Source: Moniliella sp. 'wahieum' (taxonomy: Eukaryota). Taken from it: a DNA stretch of 64,000 bases. The stretch covers positions 310,001 to 374,000 of the forward strand of contig RSEE01000035.1 in assembly GCA_003971905.1 (NCBI GenBank), in the 5' to 3' direction. A program made the translations under genes and the position numbers. The stretch's first letter is position 1. Each line of letters opens with the position of its first letter. Shown in pieces: positions 52,372 through 64,000 of this stretch. Under the pieces are notes generated by a model, which was given only the letters and a program-made list of their open reading frames with translations, was not told where the DNA came from and made no database searches.

Positions 52372-53269
52372 TTCCATTCCGCTGGCGGAAAAGGGAGTCT
52401 GGAGATCGGTACAAAGGCTGGCATGCCACATGTCATGCATGTCACCTGTGACCCCATGTCCCACACGTCGTCACGAGTGACGTCACTCGTCACACAGGTC
52501 TTGGCACATGTCACGTGTCACATGTCACTAGTCACTAGTCACTGCTGCCCCCCGCATGTCCCCGCCGTGCCCCGTCCACCCGGCCTTTCAATGGTCACTT
52601 GATGCGCCTAGCTCCCCTTTTACACCACAACCGCGTCCACTGCCAACCCCACGCGGCAGCAGCATTATTGGCGGGAAAAAGTAGGGAAGTGGAAACAACA
52701 AAAGGGAGCACGTAAATACGGGACCGGCGCAGGGTATGCCGAAGGCGTGTCGCGCACTTTATAGTGGTCTTGGCCGGCGGCCTCAAGGAGGCTACAAGTG
52801 ACGCGTCTGTGTGGACGACGGAAGACAAAAGTTTACCGCCCGCCTTCACGCACTACACGGTAGCGCCTACATCCAAGGTGAAGCTGCGAGCCAGTGAGGA
52901 TAGTTGTATTCTACAGGCATGGGAAAAGCGGCTCAGTGATCGGGAGAATGAATCATGCGGCACATGAACGACAGTATGCGCAAAAGGTTAAAGCTGCCCC
53001 CCCCACAAGGACAAGCGGGGGGCTCCATCGGCAAAACGGCTTTGGGTCTGCTAACAATAACTCTCGTTTGACCATTTAACCAGAACTCATAAATCGGGTC
53101 GATTCGCTAGTGGAGAGCCATACTGTAGTCTTGTGTCAGTGACAGGCGAGCGAGGCAGGGGAAGCGGTAGTGAGGATGCAATCAGGGGGACGGCAGCCCG
53201 GAGGCGCCACAGGAAGGGGCGGAACAGAGGCGGAACGGGACCGCCTTGCACAAGTCTATCCTCCGTGCA

Positions 53270-53501
53270 CCCACTTTGGTCGAACAGAAGGGTAGCTGCA
53301 GGGCCTCACTAGTCATTGACCTCCCTTGCCGTCTCCTGGTACGTTCTGGACTATACATCAGGACAGGCAATGCCACACAGACGCCCCGCCGCCTCGAGTG
53401 CAGGTCGATGCAAGAGACAAACAGCCATGTTTCCGCCTGTGCACAGGTGAAGCGAGGCAGGGCGCCTGTCCCTTTGCATACGGGTCTCACGAGAAAGGCA
53501 T
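53270..53501 (+). repeat. ~230-bp dispersed direct repeat, copy 1
   Basis: cccactttggtcgaacagaaggg..ctgcagggcctcactagtcattgac..ccttgccgtctcctggtacgttctggacta..agaaaggcat is repeated at 55395-55625. Confidence 0.9.
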
Positions 53502-53769
53502 GGCTCACAATTGTATCCCCTTCACGATGAGGCTACCGGGCCTACGGCCCGGTCAGCCGAAGCCCCAGCTTTTGGTGCTGCGACGCCACCGTAGCCATTG
53601 TTCCATGCTGGAACCCTTCCATGCTGGAGAGGTGAAATCATATCACCAAACGTGCGGGTGGCTTATGCGGCGGTGGCATACGTGAAAGCCACATAACAGT
53701 TGTGTCACCCAGTTGTGGCCACTGCTGCTTTTCCCATTTTTATAGGAAGGTGTTGGTACATGAAAGCAC

Positions 53770-55110
53770 ACTGAGGGCACCGCAACGCCTTTGAAACACC
53801 GGGAGAAGGCTGCTTCGGTTGCTGGAACAAGCAGAATGCGACAAGAACGCCAAGTACCAGGGACGCACCCAAGAGCCGTTTTCCCCCTTGGTGTTGACGA
53901 CGTGAGGATACTATATGCCACCAGAAGACAGCGGGCAAGATATACTTGTTGCGCACTGGGAGGATTGACTACTGGCTCTCAATAATGGAATGGTTTTCCT
54001 CGCTCAGATGTCTACCACGTTCATCCGTGTCCACACGTGGAACCTCGGATACGGGAACGGGTGGCGGGCACCAGAGGGTCCTGATATCCTGGCGATCCCC
54101 CTGTTGCATGTGGTTCCCTCACAGGGGTGGCGCTACCGAGCAACACACGCAAGATGAACGGGTCTGTTATGGGCTGGGGCGGACCCAAGATGGTCTGACC
54201 CAAGCTAACGCCTGCCTGCACCGCACATGCCCAGTAGAGCGTGCTCCGCAGGCCAACCAAGTGTGATAATGGTTGTCTAAGTTAGGTACCGTGGCCCGAA
54301 GGGCCATGCATCCGCGCGACAATCGTCGCCCCCCGTCCAAGTTTCGAGACAGCTGACCTAAATAATATGGCCACACCGAGCTTACAGGTCGTTGCGACGA
54401 CTGTCGCTCTGTCCTTTTCCTTTTCTTTCTCGGTCGCGCCTGTGACGGCCAACCCCGCTTTTGACGTGTCTTCCTTTCTACACCCCCTCTTTTGTATCCG
54501 TTTCCCTTTTGATCTTGCCTGTACCCCTGTGGTTGATAGGGATCCTTTCCCCTCTCTTCCCTTCTCTTCGTCCACCCTCTATTCTCGTCCTTTCCCGCCT
54601 ATCCTGTCCGACTCCTGCCCGTTTTTCAGCCAATTGATCCAGTACAAGCAGCCTCCGCTTGTTAGCGTCCGGCTTCTCCGCCGACCTCGTCCTCCAGCAA
54701 TCCGTCATTCCAGTCGCGCGAGCCCTCCTTTAGCCTCGTCGATTTCCAGTATCTATCCAGTCTCAGTCGAGGCAGTGTTTGTCCCCCTCTGCCTCCTCCC
54801 GTCCCTAAGTCCCGGAAGCTTCAGACACGTTACTACGGCCCAAGCCGGTGCAGACACAGCCTTGCCACACTGCAGCCGTCCCCACCAAAGGCCTCGCCTC
54901 GTCCCTAGCTCCGTTCAGATTCACCAACTGGCCCAAGCCCGAAAGTACCGTGAGTCGTCCTTCCGTCTCGTAAGGGATTGTACCCCCAAACCCCGGGCGA
55001 GCCCCCTGGCGGGGCCTGCCCCGTGACAGGGTCGGTTTAGGCGTAGCGTTTCCCTGTCCCAGCCTTAAGTTCTGTCAATGATATGGATGCAATATTGAGA
55101 TGCAGTATAG
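53770..55110 (+). mobile_element. 3' fragment of the CRE-like non-LTR element (RLE end + 3' UTR), interrupted by a solo LTR
   Basis: 53770-54164 and 55029-55110 match the reverse complement of about 3630-3185 (e.g. cgttcatccgtgtccacacg, cagagggtcctgatatcctggcgatccccctg, cgcaagatgaacgg, gtcccagccttaag). Confidence 0.88.
54165..55028. mobile_element. Solo LTR (864 bp) of an LTR retrotransposon
   Basis: Starts TGTTATGGG and ends CCCGTGACA (imperfect terminal inverted repeat, TG..CA). Flanked by identical 5-bp GGGTC at 54160-54164 and 55029-55033. Removing it restores collinearity with the copy at 3.2 kb. Confidence 0.9.
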
Positions 55111-55394
55111 AGACTTCTAGAATCCTTACCCCCGTCGATTGCCTATGCCCACACATAATCGACCTAATTGGCCATACATTTTATACGCGTTTTGCTGCCC
55201 TATAGTACGCTTTATACTATGTTGCGGTCCCTTTATATTATAGGCCCAACAGTAGGTATGACAACACCGCTTCGACAGGTTCAACAAAGTGACACTACTG
55301 ACATCTCACCTTAATCGATCACATGGGAGTGTAAGCGTGACCGGTATAAAAGCAGTTCCCGATGTGTGTCCCAGCAACAAAAGTAGGGCGAAGA

Positions 55395-55625
55395 CCCACT
55401 TTGGTCGAACAGAAGGGTGTCTGCAGGGCCTCACTAGTCATTGACGTACCTTGCCGTCTCCTGGTACGTTCTGGACTACACAGCAGGACAGGCGATGCCA
55501 CACAGACGCTCCGCCGCTCGAGTGCAGGCGGGCGCAAGAGACAAACAGCCATGTTTCCGCCTGTGCACACTGAAGTGAGGCAGGGCGCCTGTTCCTTTGC
55601 ATAGGGGTCGCACAAGAAAGGCATA
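55395..55625 (+). repeat. ~230-bp dispersed direct repeat, copy 2
   Basis: Diverged direct copy of 53270-53501. Confidence 0.9.
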
Positions 55626-56425
55626 ATGTCTTAGGATGGAATGGCTCTCCTCCGCGCCCAATGCATCTGATGCCCCATGCACACAGAGGATCTCTGTATC
55701 CACATCGCTAATAAGGAGCCGCTGTCCTTGTCTTCACATTATACTATACACACACACGCCACTTTTCTCGGCGCTTAAGGTTTAGGATGCTTGGCCACCA
55801 TCTGCGTTGGCGTCATCCTGCTTTGTTCTGAAGAACAACTGGTTCCACGAAACGCTGTTGGCCCGGGCGGACGAGCTGTGGTAAGCCCTCCCCCGTATCT
55901 CCCCTAGAGAACCCTTCTCAAAAAAGTATAGGTGTACAAGTGACTGCTTTTAAATGGGCCACTACTCTCTTCCTCTTTAACAGCTCAGGATCGTACCAAC
56001 GTATGAAAGCCCTACCAGTCTTCTTCTTCCGACCGGACGCCTCCACTGGCTCATGCATGACCCCACGGCCGGATCGGGTGTGCTCTTAACTTTAGATGGG
56101 GGCTTCTGCAAACAAGACTCGGTGAGGGTGAGGGATGCGGGCACGCTTCCGACCCGGAGCGAGTAGCGAAGCTGGCGAGGTGAGCATGCTGCTACCGAGC
56201 TAGTAGGTGATGCCGTGGAGTTGTCCTGAATATACTCCTTCAAGGTACCTCTAAAAACAACTTGACGAGATCAATCTTCTAGCGAAGGGCTAAGGATATT
56301 TCTCATGATCTGCATACTCAGCCAAGTGCAAGTTGGGGTCCGCAGATGGGAACATTGGATTTGATGCGAACAAAGGCGGCGGTGACCAACCCACTCGCAT
56401 TGGAACAAGGTTGGGTGTGGTGCGC

Positions 56426-56930
56426 TTAGCGGCTCCTGGAAAGATGGCATAATGGTCAGCGTCAATCCGGGTGAGGTGAGAGAAGAAAGCCAAACATACT
56501 TGAAGTACTCCGTGAGGACGTTCAGGCCCTCCGACGGCTCGCCGAAGTCACGCACGACAACGCACGAGCAGCCGACAACCTTGCGGGGGTTACCCTCACG
56601 GTCGATCTTGGCCAGACCAGCCCAGGTGCCCAAGGTCTTGGCGTCCGAGACCTTCAAGAGGTCAATCTTGTGGTCGTTGCACAGAGCCTCAATGAGCTTG
56701 ATGTACTCGCCCTCAGTGTTGGTCTCAACAAGCACACACAGCTGGGCGTTGCCACGGTCGAGCGCGTGAGCGCACTCGCGCAGGCCACGGGCCAGGCTGT
56801 CGTGGATGAGGGCCTTCTTGAGCACCTCCTGGAGAGCCTCTTCAATGGTCAGGCCCGTCTTGACGGGCGCAGTCTCCTCGACGGCAACCTCCTCGACAAC
56901 GTCGATCTGCTGTTCCTCAATGTCGGACAT
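56426..56930 (-). CDS. RPS12: 40S ribosomal protein eS12
   Basis: [48 protein letters not shown]. Intron 56436-56499 (GTATGT..CAG) gives the C-terminus FKSR*. Confidence 0.97.
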
Positions 56931-57345
56931 TTTTGAGTGGATAAAAGTAAGCTGCGTCGTCCAAGGGAGATGGGTCCTTGTCAGTCAGCGACGAATGGTG
57001 GGGGGAACTCAAAAGCTGCTCGGTCACCTCGCCGTCTTCGCGCCCAACTGCCGACCACCCCGGCCGCAAGCCCAGCAGGTCGCCACCGCCATTATCAAGC
57101 AGAGCGCCAGTGTCTACGCTTCGCGTTTCCAACCCTAATGTCACTGGCGCAATTAAATCGATCGGTATTGGCACAAAACAGCCGCAGTGCCATGAGTATC
57201 TGTGCCCCGCATCGGGGCAGTGTTGCGTAATTACTGGTCGCGCGGACTCACTGTCCCGTCTGCGGCTCACGCCCGGGGCCCGCTGGCGGCCGCGCTTGCG
57301 TCTCGGGCTAAGCTCACCACCTGTTTTCTCTGTACCGACTCCAAG

Positions 57346-57832
57346 ATGTCCAACGTTGAGCTTGGTGTGCAGCACGAGCGCGCCTTCCAGAAGCAGCTCT
57401 CTTCCAGAACGCCAAGGTGGCCGCTGGCAAGAAGGTCAACAACAAGACCAAGCGCTGGCACAAGGACATTGGCCTTGGCTTCAAGACCCCGGCTGCTGCC
57501 ATTGGCGGTACCTACATTGACAAGAAGTGCCCCTGGACTGGTCTTGTGTCGATCCGTGGCCGTATCCTCACTGGCCGTGTCGTCTCGACCAAGATGACCC
57601 GCACCATCATCATTCGCCGGGAGTACCTGCACTTTGTGCCCAAGTACAACCGTTACGAGAAGCGCCACAAGAACCTTGCCGCCACTGCTCGCCCGCCTTC
57701 CGTGTCGATGTCGGTGACGAAGTTACCGTTGGCCAGTGCCGCCCTCTGTCCAAGACGGTGCGCTTCAACGTTCTCAAGGTGACCAAGAACAAGGCTCTCG
57801 AGAAGGCTGCCAAGCAATTCGGTCGCTTCTGA
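57346..57832 (+). CDS. RPS11: 40S ribosomal protein uS17
   Basis: [76 protein letters not shown]. Two frameshifts. Confidence 0.96.
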
Positions 57833-58760
57833 GCGCCTTTGCGCCTTTAGCTTCTCGGGACCATCGATCTGCCAGGTCTGTACACCTGATGTCCGCGTTT
57901 GGACGTGGGTCTCATGGCTGTGCTTTTTCCATGTCCTTGCTCTCTTCGTTGAGAAACTCATCCAAAAATTGCGGACCGGTCGTGCCGTTCCATGCCTATG
58001 CACATCCCTCGTTTTTACAGCTTGATGAGATTTGAGAGGGTTCGTTGAGTCTGGATGCGCCAATGTTCAGTGGATGCGCACAATAGTTGAAGCAACCGCG
58101 TTCGGATGAGACAGTGACGGCAAAAGAAACTGATTCAGGTTTCCTTCTACCTCGTTATTCGTTGCCAAACCTAATGTAGAGTGAATATGGATGAGCCTGG
58201 TGGACATGTGAGCGAAATCCGTTTCCACAACTGAGAGCAAGCTCCTGGTAGTGCCCAAACACCTTTTTAGAAGGCGGTGTAGTACGCGGTGCTGCCAGGT
58301 TAAGTGAAGTCGTTGCCTACGACAATCTGCCTGCTCGACCTTCTCTTAGCGTCCTCTCTCACGTGTTCTGATGTTTCGGCTTCAATATGCCCTTTTGATT
58401 GATGCCATCAGACGACTGCAGATAAGCGAAGGACGCTCGATGAGGTACATCATCGCGTTTCTTTGGGGAGTAGGCGTAATAAGGCAGCCTCGAGCCAACA
58501 GCTGGCCTATTCTCGAGAACAGTGTTGGCCAACGAGACGTCAACCAGAGCTACCTACTAGAATTCGTATGGCAGGAACGTCGAAGGCAAGTACGACGAAA
58601 AAAGTGTGCAATGTTCAAGTTGGGCTCGGTGCAAACGATTTCAATTATCGCAGACGTTGGCCGAGCGAAAAAAACGGTGTCCCTGTTAAACGTTAACGCT
58701 GGTCCTTCACCCGCTTGCCCGGCGCTGCTGTCCTTCTTCGCAACCACCACATCCGCTGTT

Positions 58761-61229
58761 ATGAACCGTTCCATCACCGCTGCCTGGGCTTCCCAGTCGC
58801 GGGGAAAGAACAAGATCAGCCTCAACACGCCGCTTCCCCCCGAACTTGCAGCTATTCCACCAAAAGGGTCGGCCGCGGCAGCGGCCGCCGGGCAAGACAG
58901 TGCCGAAGCCACAACGCCAGCGCCTGTGCCGGGTTCGCCTGGGCCCAAGCGCAAATCTCGCTCATCCCGGGGCGACGATGGATCTTCTCGCCGTAAGCGC
59001 CGCGCGAAGGATGAAGACGGTTCTTCTAAGCGGAGCATTGCCAACGAACATACGCCTCCCGAGGTGCGCTTCAAGGACTTGGGTGGTATGGGAGATGCGA
59101 TCGCCAAGTGCCTCGAACTTGTTGTCTTCCCTTGATCCAGGCGGACCTGTACTCCTACCTAGGGATTAAATCACCCCGTGGTGTACTTCTTCATGGCCAC
59201 CTGGCTGTGGTAAGACACGTTTGGCTCAAGCCATTGCAGGAGAAGTCAACGTCCCCTTCCTCATGGTCGCCGCACCTGCATGGTGAGCGGGACGTCGGGT
59301 GAGTCGGAAAAGGCGTTGCGTGATCTCTTTGCTGAAGCTATTCGTGTCCGACCATCCATTATCTTTCTTGACGAGATTGACGCCATCACGCCGAAGCGGG
59401 AAACGGCTCAGCGTGAGATGGAACGGCGGATTGTGGCGCAGCTGTTGACATGCATGGACGGTATGTGTTTTGACAATTCAATTAGAGAGTGGATACTGAC
59501 TTGCATGGCAGAGCTCGAGGGTCAACAAGTCATGGTGATTGGTGCCACTAACCGACCTGACTCGCTCGATCCAGCCCTTCGTCGCGGTGGCGGTGTTGAC
59601 CGCGAAATTGCCCTTGGTGTCCCTGATGAAGAAGGGAGGGAAGCCATCCTGCGTGTTCTCTCTACTCAGCTCAAGCTCGATGGCGATGTGGATTTCCGCA
59701 AGCTGGCCAAAGCTACGCCGGGTACGTGGGCGCCGACCTAACGGCACTCACCTCTGCCGCGGGCATCAACGCAATCAAGAGGATCTTTAGCACTCTTGCC
59801 ACGTCCGACCCAGCCTCCAGCCAAGGTCCTTGGCATTCCCCCTCCACCACAGGGTATACCCCCAGTCACGCAGGACAAGCCATCTTTCCCGGACGATGTC
59901 GAAATGATGGACCCTGTTCAGACGGAGTTGCTTCTGGTCCATCCGCACTGCCGGACGCCGCCAGGGAAGGTTCTAGCCTCTCCATCCCTGCCGAAGGCCA
60001 AACGGGGCTTGATCCTGCTGCTGAAGAGGTGCCTGCTATGGAAGAGGTACCACCAGTGGAGCCAGCCGTTGAGGAAGATGAAGATGTGGAGACCAGGACC
60101 AAGAGTCTGTTGGCGGACTTGCCGCCCGAACTAGAACAATCCCCGATTGCTGCATTTTGCGCCGCTGCCGGGTCCATGCCGAGTCCCAATTGGCTAAGCG
60201 TCCATTGTGGGGCTGACTTTATCTCTGCGCTGAAGGAGGTTCAGCCCTCTTCCACGCGTGAAGGGTTTGCCACCGTCCCTGGTGTGACGTGGACGATGTG
60301 GGCGCACTCAAGGAAACGCGCGAGGAATTGGATATGGCGATTGTCAAGCCATCCGGCACCGGGAGCTTTTTACCAAGGTGTTGGGCGACACTTATCTGGT
60401 GTGTTGCTATGGGGTCCACCTGGGTGCGGTAAGACGCTTTTGGCCAAAGCCGTTGCTTCGGCCTCGCGCGCCAACTTCATCTCGGTCAAAGGGCCTGAAC
60501 TTCTCAACAAGTACGTGGGCGAGTCCGAGCGTGCGTGCGGCAGGTATTTGCTCGCGCACGTGCCAGTGCGCCCTGTGTCATCTTCTTTGATGAGTTGGAC
60601 GCGCTCGTACCTCGCCGGGACGATGCGCTGAGCGAATCGAGTGCCCGGGTGGTCAACACGCTTCTTACTGAACTGGATGGTTTGGAGAGCCGCGGACAGA
60701 CCTACGTGGTCGCTGCCACCAACCGCCCCCGACATTGTGGACCCAGCCATGTGCCGCCCTGGTCGCCTGGATCGGCTGCTCTACATTGATCTTCCCTCGG
60801 CCGCGGACAGGGAGGACATTTTGCGTGCTCTCACGCGGCAACGTCCCTTGGGCCCTGATGTGAACCTCCACTTGGTCGCACAGGACCCGCGCGCGAATGG
60901 TCTCAGTGGCGCCGACTGTGCCGCGCTTGTACGGCAGGCTGCGGTGATGGCTGCAGGACGCGCTGGCCTGGGCGACGACCACAACCCGCCTCCTGCAGGA
61001 ACCACGGAGGTGATGGAAATGTGCTGGACGATGGAGCGCCCCATCCGGTTCCGGTCTCCCAAGAGCCAGACGTGTTCATTACTCAGATTCACTTTGAGGC
61101 TGCGTTGGACAAGATCCAGCCCTCGTCACACCGCAGCAGCGCAAGCGCTATGAAGCCCTGCGTGCCCGCCTGGCAGGGGGGACGCTCAAGGAGCCCAAGA
61201 CGACGAACACGGGCGTGGCGGAGGCGTGA
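58761..61229 (+). CDS. RIX7: Ribosome biogenesis AAA+ ATPase Rix7/NVL
   Basis: Two AAA modules. D1: [50 protein letters not shown]2: [65 protein letters not shown]. Intron at about 59461-59510. Confidence 0.93.
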
Positions 61230-61598
61230 GGATCGGCATCTGTCTGCTTCGTCCTGCGGGAGGGCTCCGACAGGCAAAGTATGGCGCACCCCAGTCACAC
61301 CACCCTTGTGTGCGCGAATAGTTAGTTGCTGGAAGCAGTTGTGGTGTAAATTTAGGATTGTAGCCTCTGTAACAGATCACGTGTTTGCCCTGGCGGCCAG
61401 CCCAGCCCACATGCAACCCCAGCCGCAAGGATGGTCGATGGCCTGTGCACATGGTCTAACGGCAGGCACTGCAGCGCAGTGCCGCTACTGGATGGCTGAG
61501 CTCAGCGAGCGCTCTGCGCCGCAACAGCGCCCGTGCTGGAACGATGACGTCAGGGGCGCACTCGCAAGCCATGGCCTTGGCACCCGAGGCCAGGTGAC

Positions 61599-62006
61599 AT
61601 GTGGCACTGCTCTTGGACTTTCGAGTGCACTGCTCTCCCACCACCACCACCCATCTTTCCATCTTTGCAGCAAGCTCCGCTGCAACTGTGTCTCTCCACG
61701 ACGCGCACCTTCCTCCGCCTCCCCACCGCGGCGCTCGTTGCCGTTATCTTCCTGGCTCTCGCCTCCCCCGTGCACAGCATGTCGGCCCCTGACTCCCAAG
61801 CGCCGCAGAAGCGAGCTGATGTGGACCGCATCCGCCATGAGATTGCGCATCTCAAGGGCAAGTACCACCAGAACGCAGAGAACTACAAACGCAACACGGG
61901 CCATGAACTGGGCCATCCTGCGCCCTCCGATGACAAGGAGCAGAAGATCGATTTTGGCAAGCCCGCGGCCGCTGACAAGCCGACGGACAAGGACAAGGAC
62001 GCTTGA
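61599..62006 (+). CDS. Small putative secreted protein
   Basis: Signal-like RTFLRLPTAALVAVIFLALASPVHS, a KR dibasic site and a charged tail. The true start is uncertain (ATG at 61599, or near 61700 where the codon reads ACG). Confidence 0.55.
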   Translation: MWHCSWTFECTALPPPPPIFPSLQQAPLQLCLSTTRTFLRLPTAALVAVIFLALASPVHSMSAPDSQAPQKRADVDRIRHEIAHLKGKYHQNAENYKRNTGHELGHPAPSDDKEQKIDFGKPAAADKPTDKDKDA

Positions 62007-62488
62007 AAGCCAATGTGCCCCACACGTTCCTCCGCTGCATCATTTTTCTCCCTGTCGCTACATTCTTGCCTCGCTTAGGAACTGTTGAACGTTGAACACG
62101 GGTTAGTGTTTTGAAACGGACTTCCAGCTGTTCCTTCTTTCCTACAATCAATACTACAGACTTTCCCTCGGTCACGTCACGAGATTGGGCAAACAACATC
62201 ATCGGAAGATCGAGCCAAGTAGACAACAGCCACAGGGTGATGGCGTACACAGCTCGTACACAGGACTGCAGGGCAAAAGCGTGCTGAGCGCTGAAGGGAG
62301 ACAGAGAGACCGGCCCACCGCTGTAGCGGACGCACACGAGAAAGAGAAAGCGAAACGAAACGAAACTTAGTAGAGACAGGAAGGACAAGAAAATGAGCTA
62401 ACGTCAAGAGAGAAGAGGCGGGGCAGAAACAGAAAACGGAGGGCCGATCGGACACCACCCGCGGACGATAGACACTGCTGGCAGCACG

Positions 62489-63975
62489 TTACTGAGCCGA
62501 GACGAGAGGCTTAGTATCAACCATCGGCACTGCCTTTTTCTTCTTGGACTTGAGCGGAGAGAGGGTGTGTGAGCAGCCTTGCTCTCAGGCTCTTCCGCCT
62601 TTATGTCAAAAGAGATGCCGGGGGGCAAGCCTCTCGCTTGCAGCTGCTGAATCGTCGGATTGGTCGCTGCCATCTGGGCTGCAACGGACAGGCCAGCCTC
62701 GTAGGCTTTGGTCGCAGCGGCGGCCGGGTTTAGGCCTTGGGACATGGCTTCATCATAGGTCTTGCGAGCCTCGTCATACCGCGCCTTGTCCTGCTCGGCC
62801 TTCATAATGAAGGGCTTCTTTTCCTCCTCGGGAAGTTCGCGCCATTTGAGCGCGGCAAGAACACTCTGCTTGGTCATTTCTTCAGCTTCACCAAAGACTG
62901 ACTTCTTCATCTCAGGAGATGCGCGGATGGCACGCAAAACAAAAAGTATGCGGACATAGGCTTCTTGGGAGCGTGGGGGTCCTTGAGATTCGACTTGCGA
63001 CTCTTGCCTGCCTTCCGTTGCTGCGTACGGTACGCGTTCTCCAGCTTAATGTCTTCCGGTGAAAGAGACTCCTTCCAACTGATCATGTCCTTCTCCCATT
63101 GGGCCTTGAGACGCAAGCTCTCCTGTTGATACTTGGCCTTTTTCGAAGCAGGCAACGCATTGTACTTTTCCCCAGCGGCCTTGGAGGCGTGCGCCACATT
63201 CATTCGCTCTCCAGGGTTGGCTTGACGAAGTGTGGCTAGCTCTTCGTTGAAGAAAAGCTGCCACGCCGAGGGGGCCTGTTTCGGCTGCTTAAGACGTGCA
63301 CGGAGAATCTTCTTGGGGGCCTCGGCAATCTTCTGTGAGGAGAAAAATAAAGGTTAGAATTTTCGACGTGGACCAAAGCGAATGGGACAGAGAAAACGAA
63401 AACGAAAACGAAGGGGTGCGCACCTCGGCTTTGGGTTTGGCCGCCTTGTTCACGGCGTGGGAAGCAGCGGAGACCATGTCGGTATAGGCGGCAGGGTTGT
63501 TCTGGGCACCCTGCGCGTTGTTGGCGAAGTAATGGGACTGGTAGGGCATGTAGTGCTGCATATTATTGGCCGCAGCGGCAGCCTGAGCGGCCCCAGCTGT
63601 GTTCTCGCCTTGAGCCGAATGGGCTTCGCCTCCCATGATTGCCGGGTTGACCATTGAGGTCTGGAAACCGCCGTAGACATTGGGGTTGTACCCGTAGCCA
63701 TATCCCTGCGGCAGGTTGTAGCCATAGACAGGGTGGTGATCTGTGTGAGAGGGAAGAGGAGAAAAGTGAGGTCAGGGAAGAGTGGAGGCGAGAGGGTTGG
63801 CCTTGACCAGCGCCTCCCCTACGCGTAACGCCAGGGCGGGGGGCGCTGAGTCAAACAGGACGTACTGGCGGAGGCGTACGCGTGCTCGCCACCCTGAGGC
63901 ATCTGGTGGGCCTGGGGGTGGGTGCCAAACTGGCTGGTGCATGTACGCGGCGTGTGCACTGGCCTGGCCTTCCAT
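62489..63975 (-). CDS. Two-HMG-box chromatin protein (Ixr1/Abf2-like architecture)
   Basis: Box 1 KQAPSAWQLFFNEE..AAGEKYNALPASKKAKY; box 2 KDPHAPKKPMSAYFLF..AALKWRELPEEEKKPFIMKAEQDKARY; Q/N/A-rich N-terminus. Introns at about 63337-63422 and 63745-63880. Confidence 0.88.
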
Positions 63976-64000
63976 CGCGTCGGCACAGATGGTGGAGAGA

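Noticed and set aside
179..63975. Most short overlapping ORFs in the supplied track
   Set aside because: They are antisense or alternative-frame shadows of GC-rich genes, called with prokaryotic-style start codons.

Overview
This is eukaryotic DNA: an intron-containing, GC-rich fungal chromosome segment. Gene style suggests a basidiomycete, possibly Ustilaginomycotina, but that taxon is an inference. Almost every conserved gene carries 1-bp frameshifts, most likely from an unpolished long-read assembly, so gene ends are approximate. Recognisable genes are a laccase-like multicopper oxidase, VPS20, a very large RA+PH-domain protein with an 11-aa tandem repeat, a divergent STE12-domain transcription factor, an AVT-like transporter, a GBF1/Gea-type Sec7 GEF, hexokinase, TRM5, an intron-containing tRNA-Gln(TTG), SPT7, a divergent RPS12/RPS11 pair, RIX7, a small secreted protein and a two-HMG-box protein. 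Mobile DNA comprises a degenerate CRE-clade (RLE-type) non-LTR retrotransposon, a second fragment of it interrupted by a solo LTR with a clean 5-bp TSD, and a Crypton-type tyrosine-recombinase element with an orphan copy of its 5' end 30 kb away. The most unusual signal is a set of intergenic arrays with the grammar (TNA-NNNN)n: a fixed trinucleotide separated by variable, mostly palindromic 4-mers, resembling stacked DNA-transposon excision footprints.
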